DNA of 64,000 bases from Chloropicon primus (GCA_023205875.1 CP060757.1:992001-1056000); one strand, 5' to 3'; counted from the stretch's first letter, positions 1-9,956 are shown. Translations and numbers: made by a program. Notes: a model not told the origin generated them from the letters alone.

Positions 1-2
1 GG

Positions 3-1298
3 AAGGCCTACTTTCGGGACGAGTGCAGAGTCGCGTCGAAGATGATGGAGGAGAAGGGCGAGGAGTTCTACTCGAGGCTCTGCATGAGATCCACCCTGCG
101 GCTCGTCTGCAGAATGTACTGGACTAGGAAAGCGCGGTCCCCCCTGCAGTGGACTCTTGTGTCTCAGCTGCACAGCAACTGGGAGACGAGCTCGGACGCG
201 GTGAAAATGACGTGGGCCGAGTCCGCGGCCCACGCCCACCAGATCCTGAAGCTGACCGAGGACTCCGCCCCGAGCGTGAAGGAGTTGTGCGCCATGTTCG
301 CGGCGGTGTCGTGCAACAACCTGATGGTTCAAGACGACTACAACGAACCGGTGGGGTTTGGGATCTACCCCCTCGCCTCGATCACCAACCACTCGTGCAC
401 GCCCAACTGTGTCCAGGCTTTCTCTGGCAAGAAGCTGTCCCTGATGTGCGTTCGAGACATCCGGGCGGGGGAGGAGATCACGATATCGTACGCGGACTTG
501 TTCAGCTTGCACTCGGAGAGACGTGCGACTTTGCTTTCGGGATACGGCTTTGACATCGACGCCCGAACAGGGGGGGAGGCGGTGGGGGCCGTGGTCAGTG
601 CGAGCCCCCTGGTGGAGGCTTTTCGGGCCGAAGGGGACCCCCCGGGGAGCGGCGGGGTCCCAAAAAGCCTCGTGAGTGACGGCGAGGCCACCTTTACCGA
701 GATTCGAGTGGCGGGTGGGAGGCACGTGGGAAGGGGATTCACTCAGATCGACGAAGAGGTTGGTGGCTCGGAGGGGGGTCAGAAAGCTGTGTGCTCGTTC
801 GCCAGCAAGGACCACGCCCGTGCAGCAGGACTGGTTCTGCACCAGATCCAGGAGGGGCTCACGCGGTCCGAGCAGCTGCTCAACCAAAGCAAATTTCGGG
901 AGGCTCGCGAGGCGGTGACAAAGGCGGTCAAGCAGTGCGAGGGGTCGGTTGTGGACGGCTGCGATGTGCAGCTCAGTGAGCACCATATTTTGCGTCTTCG
1001 GGGTCTTCACCTTTTGAGCCACACTGCACTGTTTCTCTCCGACTTTGAGACGGCCCTGAATGTAGGAAGAGAGCTCGCCGAGCCCTTCTCCAGGCTCTAT
1101 CCTAACCCGTGGCCAAACCTGGGCTTCCACCTTTCGATGCTGGCAAACTTGGAGGCTGATCCCAGCCTGGGCGGGACCAAAGAACAAGCGATCGCGCGTG
1201 CGAGGGAGGCCGCCGCTATCCTGGAGGCGACAACCCCGAGATCCAATGTCACTAGGCTCCAGATGGAAGCCTTGGTGCGGGAAGCCGCTGGGCGATAA
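3..1298 (+). CDS. SMYD-type SET-domain protein lysine methyltransferase (5'-truncated by the window edge)
   Basis: Frame is open from base 3 (KAYFRDEC..., resembling the end of a MYND finger). SET motifs GIYPLASITNHSCTPN and IRAGEEITISY, followed by a helical TPR-like C-terminus. TGTAA at about 1345. Confidence 0.85.
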   Translation, partial: KAYFRDECRVASKMMEEKGEEFYSRLCMRSTLRLVCRMYWTRKARSPLQWTLVSQLHSNWETSSDAVKMTWAESAAHAHQILKLTEDSAPSVKELCAMFAAVSCNNLMVQDDYNEPVGFGIYPLASITNHSCTPNCVQAFSGKKLSLMCVRDIRAGEEITISYADLFSLHSERRATLLSGYGFDIDARTGGEAVGAVVSASPLVEAFRAEGDPPGSGGVPKSLVSDGEATFTEIRVAGGRHVGRGFTQIDEEVGGSEGGQKAVCSFASKDHARAAGLVLHQIQEGLTRSEQLLNQSKFREAREAVTKAVKQCEGSVVDGCDVQLSEHHILRLRGLHLLSHTALFLSDFETALNVGRELAEPFSRLYPNPWPNLGFHLSMLANLEADPSLGGTKEQAIARAREAAAILEATTPRSNVTRLQMEALVREAAGR

Positions 1299-1569
1299 GC
1301 CCTTGTGTACATAACGACAACAACAACAACAACAACAAAACCTTTGTAATTATTCAATCCTCTCTCCCTCTCTCTCTCTCTCTCTTCTCGCTTGGCCTGA
1401 GCCAATCGATCCGCCTGTTCCCTCATCCCCCCGTGGCACTGGGATGGGATAGCGTCGCGCCAAACCCTAACGCAAAGCAGGTGTATAACGCTCGAGAGCG
1501 AGCCGGGGCTCGGGAGAAGAGGAGGGGACTCGGACTCGGACTCGGACTCGGTTCCGCCGGACAAGCGCG

Positions 1570-2148
1570 ATGAGGGGCGACAAGAAGAAGGGGCCCTTAA
1601 AGAAAGGCTTCGACCCGTCCCAGCTGGAGGAGGGTTCGATCGTGTCCGTGAACGGTGAGGACGAGGACATTTACATCGCGGAAGTCTTGGAGTTTGAGAG
1701 CAAGGGAGGGCCCCAAGTGAAGCTGAGGTGGTTTTACAAGCCCGAGGACGTCGTTTACGGCCGGCAAGTCTGGCACGGGAGCAAGGAGCTCTTCAAGCAG
1801 ACCCAGGTGAGCGACTGGAACAGCGTCCACAGCGTCACGGGTTTTTGCAAGGTGCACACTCTGGAGGAGTACCAGGACCTGGACCTCGTCGAGGAGGACG
1901 ATTACTTTTGCAGGCAGGCGTACAAGCCGAACTCGGGCGAGTTCGTGCCCGACATCGTGCCCGTGTTCTGCGTGTGCGAGACGCCGTACAATCCCGACAG
2001 ACCCATGGTCGAGTGCGAGGATTGTAGTGACTGGTTTCATTGGAGTTGTGTGGGGGTAAGAAGCAAGGACACCAGGCGGAGGGGGTATACATACACCTGC
2101 ACTTCCTGCCTTATGAAGAAAGCCTCTCCTGACACCTCTGAGATCTAG
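1570..2148 (+). CDS. EBS/SHL-like BAH-PHD histone reader
   Basis: BAH (YIAEV...VKLRWFYKPED...ELF...CKVH) followed by PHD (FCVCETPYNPDRPMVECEDCSDWFHWSCV...YTCTSC), the architecture of plant EBS/SHL. Confidence 0.9.
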   Translation: MRGDKKKGPLKKGFDPSQLEEGSIVSVNGEDEDIYIAEVLEFESKGGPQVKLRWFYKPEDVVYGRQVWHGSKELFKQTQVSDWNSVHSVTGFCKVHTLEEYQDLDLVEEDDYFCRQAYKPNSGEFVPDIVPVFCVCETPYNPDRPMVECEDCSDWFHWSCVGVRSKDTRRRGYTYTCTSCLMKKASPDTSEI

Positions 2149-3084
2149 TGAGCGTTGCATTACATCGAGAGGCTTAGCGAAGCGGGTAGAACCACGGAGC
2201 GCGCAGGGGAAGTGAGTTTATCCTCCTCAGCCTGGCGGATGCACGATAACCTCACCCGAATAGAAAGCTTTTGGAGACTTCGACCCTTCCTCTCGATCCT
2301 CCAAACGGCCCTTGATGAACTCGTCTCGCTTGCCGTTCGCGATGTACTCTTCCTTTGCCTTCAGGTACTTTTCCTTGTCCACCCGAGCTTTGGCCTCGAA
2401 GGGCTCCCTCTCCTTGGCTCCAAGCAGATTCCAGGCCTTTCCGCAAGCTCGTGTCACCTCAATGACGGACGCCGTGGCCGCTGGAGAGCGGTCCGCCAGG
2501 TACTTCTTCCGATAGTCCCGGACGAAGAAGTTGTACGCGGTCAAAGACCTCTTCGGAGCGTTGGGGTCCTTTCTTATTCTCTTCCTCCCCGTCTTGGTCA
2601 GCGTCTTGGCCTGACGCCCCCGCTTCGCCGGGGCCAGTTCTGCGTGGGTCTCCCCCGTTGTGCGTTGGACTCCAGGCTTGGACGGGGCGGACCGAAGCCG
2701 ACAGGACTCGCAGCGGTACCTCGATGGGATCTTGTTGCTTTCTATGGCCACACACTCGCAGTGGAACACCTCTCCACAATCCTCGCACTCGACCATGGGT
2801 CTGTCGGGATTGTACGGCGTCTCGCACAAGCAAAACAGCGGTACGACGTCGGGCACGAACCCGCCGGTGTGCGGATCGTACGCCTGCCTGCAAAAGTAAT
2901 CGTGACCGGAGACGTCGTCAAGGTCCTCGTACTCCTCCAGAGTGTGCACCTTGCAAAAACCCGTGACGCTGTGGACGCTGTTCCAGTCACTCACCCGGGT
3001 CTGCCCGAAGAGCTCCTTGCTCCCGTGCCAGACTTGCCGGCCGTAAACGACGTCCTCGGGCTTGTAAAACCACCTCAGCTTCAC
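1717..3084. repeat. 309-bp ungapped inverted repeat (arms 1717-2025 and 2776-3084) inside the two BAH-PHD genes
   Basis: Compared by hand: perfect blocks of 78 nt (1717-1794), 60 nt (1813-1872) and 52 nt (1974-2025) against the reverse complement of arm 2. Confidence 0.95.
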
Positions 3085-3228
3085 CTGATCCTTTCGAACT
3101 TCCACCACCCTAGCCACATGCTCGCCCGCATCGTTCACCGCAACAACGTCGTCCCCCTGCTTCACCGTCTTGGCGGTTGGACGCGGGAGCTTTTGCTTGG
3201 GCCTCGGCATCGCCTCCCACTCGCTCAC
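2227..3228 (-). CDS. BAH-PHD-HMG box fusion protein (EBS/SHL paralog)
   Basis: Same BAH-PHD core as 1570..2148, plus a C-terminal HMG box (KDPNAPKRSLTAYNFFVRDYR...CGKAWNLL...KEPFEAKA-like helix...DKEKY). Confidence 0.88.
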   Translation of the reverse strand: MSEWEAMPRPKQKLPRPTAKTVKQGDDVVAVNDAGEHVARVVEVRKDQVKLRWFYKPEDVVYGRQVWHGSKELFGQTRVSDWNSVHSVTGFCKVHTLEEYEDLDDVSGHDYFCRQAYDPHTGGFVPDVVPLFCLCETPYNPDRPMVECEDCGEVFHCECVAIESNKIPSRYRCESCRLRSAPSKPGVQRTTGETHAELAPAKRGRQAKTLTKTGRKRIRKDPNAPKRSLTAYNFFVRDYRKKYLADRSPAATASVIEVTRACGKAWNLLGAKEREPFEAKARVDKEKYLKAKEEYIANGKRDEFIKGRLEDREEGSKSPKAFYSGEVIVHPPG

Positions 3229-3431
3229 ACGATGTCCACGCTCCCTCCTCCCCCCCCCCCCGTCCCAAACTCAGCCTCAACGATGACAACCGCGGGGCGG
3301 GGCGTTACTCTGCTCCGTCCTTCATTCCCAGGAAGAGGACGATGATTTCTCCTGCAGGTTTTTGCCAGGACGGCCGCCAAGGCGAGAGAGAGAGAGAGAG
3401 GGAGAAGGGGAGAGAATAGGAGGGTGTCGCC

Positions 3432-5552
3432 ATGAGCGCGGGGAGGGAAGAGAGAGGAGGGACGGCGTCTTCCCAAGGGCAAGTGTTGACCACTTTCGCG
3501 AAAATGGAAGCGGGAAGTAGCGTGAGCCTAAGCCGAGAGACCAGGTTTGGGCTCAAGGCCTGCAAGTATGTGTCCCCAACTGCAGTGCAGAGGGAGGTCT
3601 TGCCCCACGCACTGGGTGGTCGGGACGTTCTGTGCGCCGCGAAGACGGGAAGCGGGAAGACCCTTGCTTTCGTCATCCCCGTGCTGGAGAAGCTGACCGC
3701 GGAGAATTGGAGCGCGAGGACGGACGGGATCGGGGCTCTGATTCTGACGCCGACAAGGGAGCTCGCCCTTCAGATCTTCGAGGAGTTTCGGAAGGTGGGC
3801 AAGAAGCACAGGTTCAGCGTGGGCCTGCTGATAGGAGGCAGCGGGAGGAAGGTTCTAGAGGAGGAGAAGACGAGGGCGGGGAACCTGAACATTCTCATAG
3901 CTACGCCCGGAAGGCTCTTGCAGCACATGGACGAGACTCCCTACTTTGACTGCGGCAGCATGAAGATTCTTGTGCTCGACGAGGCGGACCGAATCCTGGA
4001 CATGGGTTTCAGGGCCTCCCTAGATGCGATCCTGGAGAACCTTCCTAGGGGGGGCACGGGGGATGGGAGGCAGACTCTTCTTTTCTCGGCGACCCAGACA
4101 AAGTCTGTGAGCGACCTCGCCAGGCTGAACCTCTCCAACCCAGAGTACATATCGATTCACGCGGATGCCACGGTGCCGACGCCGGTCAAGCTGCAGCAGG
4201 CTTTCGTTGAGTGCCACTGCGCCCAGAAGCTCAGCGTCCTCTGGGGGTTCATCAAGACCCACCTGAAGGCCAAGGTCTTGGTTTTCTTCTCCACCTGCAA
4301 GCAAGCGCGGTTCGTCAGCGAGGCTTTCAGCAAGCTAAGACCCGGCGTTCCCCTCCGGTGCCTCCACGGCCACATGAAGCAGATGAAGAGAGTGGCCGTG
4401 TACGATTACTTTTCCAAGACGAAGGAGATCGTTCTCTTTGCCACGGATGTGGCGTCGAGGGGGCTGGACTTTCCAGACGTGGATTGGGTCATCCAGTTCG
4501 ACTGCCCGGACGACATTCCGACTTACATCCACAGAGTAGGCCGCACTGCAAGGTACTTGAGCGGTGGAAGGTCTCTGATGCTTCTTCTTCCCTCGGAGAA
4601 GCCAGGGATGGTCGCGAACTTGGCCGAAAGGAAGATTCCCATCAAGGAGATTAAGATCAACCCGCAAAAGCACCAGGACATCACGCAGGCCATGGTCGCG
4701 CTTCTTGCGAAGTGGCCCGAGTTGAAGGATTTCGCCCAGAGCGGTCTGACTTCTTACGTCAAGTCAGTCTTCCTGAGTCCCAGCAAAGACGTGTTCGACG
4801 TTAAAAAAATGGATCTGAGGGAGCTCTCCCACTCCTATGGCCTGGCGAACCCACCCAAGCTTCGATTCTTGAAGAAGGCGGGCATTTCCCTGGGGAGCAG
4901 TGGGCTGGGAGAGGGCGGGCCCGGAGAGAAGCCGGGCCTCGCTGAGAGGCCTGGAAGGGATGACGCATCGCACGACGATATCGGTGGTTTTGGTGGGCCA
5001 AGCGACGAATCAGAAGAATCAGACGACGAGGACTTGCTGATTGTGAAGAGGAGGGAGATACCTGAGGCTGAACTGCCGGACACGAAGGGGGTCACCTCCT
5101 CGAAGAAAAAACTAAAAATCAGGGATGGCGGACTCGGGAAAGGAAAGAAGATCGTGTTCGATGACGATGGACAGGCTACGACGCCGTTTGAGCGCTTCGC
5201 GGCTCCCGATGATGACAAGGGCGAGGAGGACGACGGAGAGGGGCAGGGCTACAGGGACGCCCAGGAGAGGTTCAACGCCGCTAGAAACAGGCTCAAGGAG
5301 GGTGATGTCGAGGACAAGAAGCGAGTGATGGAGCTGCGGAAGGAGAAGAAGAGGGAGGCCAAGAGGAAGAGGAGGGAGGCCAGCGGGACCGCTGTGGAGT
5401 CTGGTCCAACTCTGTTCCAGGAGGCCGGGGAAGGGTACAGCGAAGGGGAGTCAGAGGAAGAGCTCGAGGAGGGAAGGGAATCCAAAAAGCTGGCCCTCCC
5501 AACCTCGCTGGAAGACCAGGAGGCTCTCGCTCTCAAATTACTTAACAGCTAA
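3432..5552 (+). CDS. DDX10: DEAD-box RNA helicase DDX10/Dbp4
   Basis: AKTGSGKTLAF, PTRELA, TPGRLLQHMDET, LDEADRILDMGF, SATQT, HRVGRTARY, then a DUF4217-like segment and an acidic/basic tail ending in EALALKLL. Confidence 0.92.
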   Translation: MSAGREERGGTASSQGQVLTTFAKMEAGSSVSLSRETRFGLKACKYVSPTAVQREVLPHALGGRDVLCAAKTGSGKTLAFVIPVLEKLTAENWSARTDGIGALILTPTRELALQIFEEFRKVGKKHRFSVGLLIGGSGRKVLEEEKTRAGNLNILIATPGRLLQHMDETPYFDCGSMKILVLDEADRILDMGFRASLDAILENLPRGGTGDGRQTLLFSATQTKSVSDLARLNLSNPEYISIHADATVPTPVKLQQAFVECHCAQKLSVLWGFIKTHLKAKVLVFFSTCKQARFVSEAFSKLRPGVPLRCLHGHMKQMKRVAVYDYFSKTKEIVLFATDVASRGLDFPDVDWVIQFDCPDDIPTYIHRVGRTARYLSGGRSLMLLLPSEKPGMVANLAERKIPIKEIKINPQKHQDITQAMVALLAKWPELKDFAQSGLTSYVKSVFLSPSKDVFDVKKMDLRELSHSYGLANPPKLRFLKKAGISLGSSGLGEGGPGEKPGLAERPGRDDASHDDIGGFGGPSDESEESDDEDLLIVKRREIPEAELPDTKGVTSSKKKLKIRDGGLGKGKKIVFDDDGQATTPFERFAAPDDDKGEEDDGEGQGYRDAQERFNAARNRLKEGDVEDKKRVMELRKEKKREAKRKRREASGTAVESGPTLFQEAGEGYSEGESEEELEEGRESKKLALPTSLEDQEALALKLLNS

Positions 5553-5722
5553 TCATTGCGCTTCAACTTGCCATTGCCGTTAGTTTTGTGCAAAGGTCGT
5601 TTCAGTTTCCGTTCCTCGAAATGACCATTCCGCCCATGTAGGGCATAATTCCTGGAGTCTCGGAGCTCCCTGGCAGTCAGAAAGGGTCTTTGGTGTGCAA
5701 AACGCACACGCGCGCGCGCGCG

Positions 5723-7384
5723 ATGGCTTCGGTTGCTTCTCTTCTGATATCGCTGGCCTTGGTGTGGTCCTCGGTCGCGTCTGCGGCCCCGGAGCAAGAC
5801 AGGGTGACCCATTTACCAGGCCTCGTTTCCGACAACGGCGAGCTCGAGGTCTCTGTTTGGTCGGGCTTTTTGCAGTCCACGCCGACGGATCGCGTGCACT
5901 ACATGCTTTACGAGAGCGAGAGCAGCCCCTCGACCGACCCCTTAGTTCTGTGGGTGCAGGGTGGTCCGGGAGCCTCCTCTCTGTTGGGCGCCTTCGAAGA
6001 ATTTGGCCCCTATATTATCGCGAGCAAGACGGGCCTTGTGCGGAATCCCTTCGCGTGGTCCAAGGTCGCGAACCTGCTCGTGCTCGAGAGTCCTACCGGA
6101 GTGGGCTTCAGCTACTGCGAGGCGATGACTCGTGGCGCTAAGTGCGATCACAACGACACTTCCACGGCTGAGTTGAACCTGGAGTCCCTGAAGCGCTTCG
6201 TGGAACTCTTCCCCGAGTTTAAGGGACGGGACTTTATGATCTGGGGCGAGTCCTACGCGGGAGTCTTTGTGCCAACACTCGCAGAAAGGATATTCGAGAG
6301 CGGCGATCTGAACTCGTTGCTCAATTTCAAAGGCTTCTCTGTTGGTGATCCCTGCACTTCGGAGAAGTATCAGTTCCTGGGCGGTCAGCTCCACTTCAAC
6401 GTGGGCTTCGCATACCACAACGGGTTCATATCCCAGAAGTCCTACTACTTTTTGATGGACAACTGCGTCACGCATGACGCGAACGATCACGTCGTTCCAG
6501 ACGACAGCAAGCCTGCCTGCAAGTTGGCGTGGCGGGTTTACTATCTCCAGACGTCGAACAACGACGGGCAGAACATGCAGGGCCAGTCTGCGAATTTTCC
6601 TGCGAGTGGCAAGTTCATCAACACTTTCAATGACTACGGACCGGACGGCGGCCCTTTTGAAACGATGCTGCGCGACTACCTGAGCAGCGCCGAGGTGAGA
6701 GCTGCGTTGCACGTGACTGAAGCTCCAATCGGCAGGTGGGGGATGGGAGAGAATCTGGTTTACACCAAGGAGCACCTGGCCTGCTTCTACGAGGAGGGCA
6801 CCCCGCCGTCGAGGAAGCCCAAGTACGATTGGGACATGCTTGAGATTTACAGGAAGCTTGCCGGCAATATTCCCCGGATTGTGGTCTTCAACGGGGACAC
6901 GGACCCGGACGTACAATACAGGGGCACAGAGGCGGCTATCGAGTCGCTTGGTTTGGGAGTGCAGGAGGGGGGGGGTTGGCGACCTTGGTTTTATCAGTCC
7001 GACGGCGCTTCGATGGATTTGATTCAGAACAAGACGCCTTACTGGGGCGAGACGCTGAGCTTCAGGGGAATGGGTCCCCAGCTCGGGGGCTACGTCAAAG
7101 ACTTTGACAAGAACGTCTCCTTTCTTACCGTGCACACCTCAGGCCACATGGTCCCCCAATACAAGCCCGTTGCAGCCCTACAGCTTTTCAAGCGGGTGGT
7201 GGCAGGTCTCCCCCTCTCGCCCCCGCTCGACGAGGAGCAGATCGCAGGCCTGAGCGACGCAGAGTTCTTCGGCTACGACAACGGGACGCTCGGGTACATG
7301 GGCCAGTGGGTCGGGCTGGCACAAAGTCCCCAATACACTGGCTTCGACGACCATCACCATGACCAGCGAACGGAAGCCTATTAA
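5723..7384 (+). CDS. Secreted serine carboxypeptidase (peptidase S10)
   Basis: Signal peptide, WVQGGPGASS, ESPTGVGFSY, catalytic GESYAG, NGDTDPDV and SGHMVP. Confidence 0.93.
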   Translation: MASVASLLISLALVWSSVASAAPEQDRVTHLPGLVSDNGELEVSVWSGFLQSTPTDRVHYMLYESESSPSTDPLVLWVQGGPGASSLLGAFEEFGPYIIASKTGLVRNPFAWSKVANLLVLESPTGVGFSYCEAMTRGAKCDHNDTSTAELNLESLKRFVELFPEFKGRDFMIWGESYAGVFVPTLAERIFESGDLNSLLNFKGFSVGDPCTSEKYQFLGGQLHFNVGFAYHNGFISQKSYYFLMDNCVTHDANDHVVPDDSKPACKLAWRVYYLQTSNNDGQNMQGQSANFPASGKFINTFNDYGPDGGPFETMLRDYLSSAEVRAALHVTEAPIGRWGMGENLVYTKEHLACFYEEGTPPSRKPKYDWDMLEIYRKLAGNIPRIVVFNGDTDPDVQYRGTEAAIESLGLGVQEGGGWRPWFYQSDGASMDLIQNKTPYWGETLSFRGMGPQLGGYVKDFDKNVSFLTVHTSGHMVPQYKPVAALQLFKRVVAGLPLSPPLDEEQIAGLSDAEFFGYDNGTLGYMGQWVGLAQSPQYTGFDDHHHDQRTEAY

Positions 7385-7424
7385 AAATGGTTCGATTAAA
7401 TTGACTCGATTAGTTGCTGGACGC

Positions 7425-7973
7425 CTAATGATGGCCTCCTTGCCTCTTCATCTCTTCCTCGTGCCTCAAGTGCCTAAGTTCCGCTGGAAGCCCCACCAGG
7501 TACGACATGAAGAACACTCCCACCATGACCTGCTTCACTGGGACGAAGCTACCCTCGTCGATGTAGTCCTCCTTGTACTCCAAGAGCCTGTTCTTCATGC
7601 GAGGCCCCCAAGTGTTGCTAGGCCCGATGTACTCCTTGTGCACGTGGCTAGGCAAGTCCCGCACCTAAGTGGTTTCGTTTTCCGAACATTCAAACGCGAG
7701 GAGAAAAAAGTATCAGACACGCAACGATGCGTCCTTCGAGTCAGTCTCTGCCGCGCGACAAGTCGACAACCGATCCTCCCCAAGAAAAGAAGGGACAAAC
7801 CTCCCGAGTCCGGGTCTTCTTCACCTCCATCCTCCCTCGATTTTCACAACGTTCACGACGCACGAGACACGAGACACGAGGCACTCCCAACCCTTCTCAA
7901 TCTCCCACCTCCTCACCTTTACGTGCTGAATATCGCCCAAAAACTTGCGGACAACTCTCACGAAGGTCGCCAT
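7425..7973 (-). CDS. ATP17: Mitochondrial ATP synthase subunit f (plant ATP17-type); exons 7973-7917 and 7664-7425
   Basis: Spliced product MATFVRVVRKFLGDIQHVK|VRDLPSHV...YKEDYIDEGSFVP...FMSYLVGLPAELRHL...GGHH resembles plant subunit f (SYLVALPxExRHL...GGH). The GTGAGG...TTAG intron is phase 0. Confidence 0.8.
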
Positions 7974-8068
7974 CTTGTTTGCTCTCTCTGACGGCCCCCC
8001 ACCCCAAACCCTACGAACTGTCTCTCGACGAACAGAGCAGAGAGAGAGAGACAAGCGAGCCCAGCACG

Positions 8069-9353
8069 ATGGCGTCGATGCAAGAGACAGCGAAGAAGGT
8101 GAGAAACACGACGAAGAGGAAGCCCAAGCGAGATTGATCCCGGTGGACGGACGATCTGAAGACACGAGATCTTCTTCCTCGCGTTGCCTTGTGAACTGAC
8201 GGTGTTGTTGTTGTTGTTGTTAATGATAACGATGATTGATGATGTATTTGTCGCTTGTTGCCTTTTTGTCTTCGACCAGTATTTCCGTGGGATGCAGCAC
8301 CGCAAGTTCCACGAGAGCAAAGCGTGCGGTTGCAAAATGAGCCTCGGGGTAAGAGACGCGCGAGATGGAGCCTCGCCTCTGGAATTGTGGGCGCACTCCC
8401 TTCTAGCACGTGCCTGCACCCACCAGTCTGGTTTACTGATTGTTGTGCATTGCGATCTCTCCCGTTTCGCCAGGTCTACCTGCCGGATGCGTACTACAAC
8501 GATGACGCGCCCGTGCCTGTGATCTACTACTTGTCCGGATTGACGTGCACGGACGAGAACGCTTCGCAGAAGAGCGGAATACAGAGGTACGCGGACGAGC
8601 AGGGAGTTGCAGTGGTGTTCCCAGACACCTCGCCAAGGGGCCACAACGTCGAGGGTGAGGCGGACAGCTGGGACTTTGGAGTCGGCGCGGGGTTCTACTT
8701 GAACGCCACCGAGTCCAAGTGGAAGCACTGGAGGATGTACGACTACATCACGAAGGAGCTTCCGGTGTACTTGGCTCAAACTTTTCCGAACCTTGACACC
8801 ACGAACGCGTCCCTGATGGGCCACTCCATGGGCGGCCACGGGGCACTGGTCATCTTCCTCAAAAACTACAACAAATACAAGTCAGTCTCGGCCTTCTCTC
8901 CGATCTGCAACCCCATCAACTGCCCTTGGGGGAAGAAGGCGTTCGGTGGCTACCTCGGTAAGTCTTCCACCGAGCCCGGACGACGCTGGGTTCTCTTCCC
9001 GATTCCCCCCCTCCTTGAACGGTCGCGGGCTCCGAGACGCGCCAGCCTCTGACGTCCTCGCTCTCCTCCTCTCCCCAGGAACGAACTTTGACGCGTGGAG
9101 GGACTACGACGCCACCGAGCTGGCGAGGAAGTACCCCGGGCCAAAGACGGAAATCTTTGTTGACCAAGGGACGGCGGACAGCTTCCTCAAGGAGCAGCTT
9201 CTCCCGGAGAACCTGAAGAATGCCGTCCACGGCAAGGACAACATCGATCTGAAGCTCGAGTACCGTGATGGTTACGATCACTCCTACTTTTATATTGCCT
9301 CTTTCGTGGAGGAGCACATCTTGTTTCACGCCAAGCACCTCAAACCCTCGTGA
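8069..9353 (+). CDS. ESD: S-formylglutathione hydrolase (esterase D); exons 8069-8098, 8280-8348, 8474-8957, 9079-9353
   Basis: YLSGLTCTDEN, PDTSPRG, WDFGVGAGFY, GHSMGGHG (catalytic Ser), DQGTADSFL and GYDHSYFYI. All three GT-AG introns keep the frame. Confidence 0.95.
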
Positions 9354-9579
9354 GGGATTGGGGCGGGCGGTGGGGCGTGAAATAAGTTCTTGTTGTAATC
9401 GCAAGTCGAAGAACCCCTTGCTCTCCAGATCCCACCCCCACCTCTCCGCCCAGCTGTGGGCCTCCAATAAGTAGTTTACGGTGCAGTTGTATATTACAGT
9501 GGGGCAGGTCGACCTAAAGGCCATCCTCGCGGTTGGTTTCCCCCTCCCTTCCGACCTCACCTTCCGACCTCCGACGTGT

Positions 9580-9726
9580 TTATACCTTCACTCCTTGTTT
9601 CTGCAGGCCGTGGAGCACGTAGGGAATCACCCGCACCACACCACACCACAAGGCGAGCATCATGGTGTTCCTCTTCAGCTCCTTAAGAGCCGCGGCCTTG
9701 TCTGGCTTCGCTACAGGGACGAACAT
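9580..9726 (-). CDS. TOM6: Mitochondrial import receptor subunit TOM6 (plant-type)
   Basis: 48 aa, MFVPVAKPDKAAALKELKRNTMMLALWCGVVRVIPYVL, matching the plant TOM6 pattern KPDKAxALKxL...W...R..PYVL. Confidence 0.8.
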   Translation of the reverse strand: MFVPVAKPDKAAALKELKRNTMMLALWCGVVRVIPYVLHGLQKQGVKV

Positions 9727-9840
9727 TTTCACAAACTCACACGCAAAACTCCTCGCAAGCTCAACACAACTCAACACAACTCTGTCCTGTCCTCTGTTCA
9801 GCGCCGCCCTCTTGTCTTGTCTTGTCAGAAAGAGAGAGAG

Positions 9841-9900
9841 AGAGGCCGGGCGAGGAGAGGGAGAAGGAGGAGAGGCCGGGCGAGGAGAGGGAGAAGGAGG
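9841..9900. repeat. Exact 30-bp tandem duplication within a ~125-nt purine-rich tract (9827-9954)
   Basis: agaggccgggcgaggagagggagaaggagg x2, lying between the divergent TOM6 and ADH3 starts. Confidence 0.9.
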
Positions 9901-9956
9901 AGAGGGAGGAGAGGGAGAGGGAGAAGGAGAGAGAGAGAGGGAGAGGGAGAAGGACT

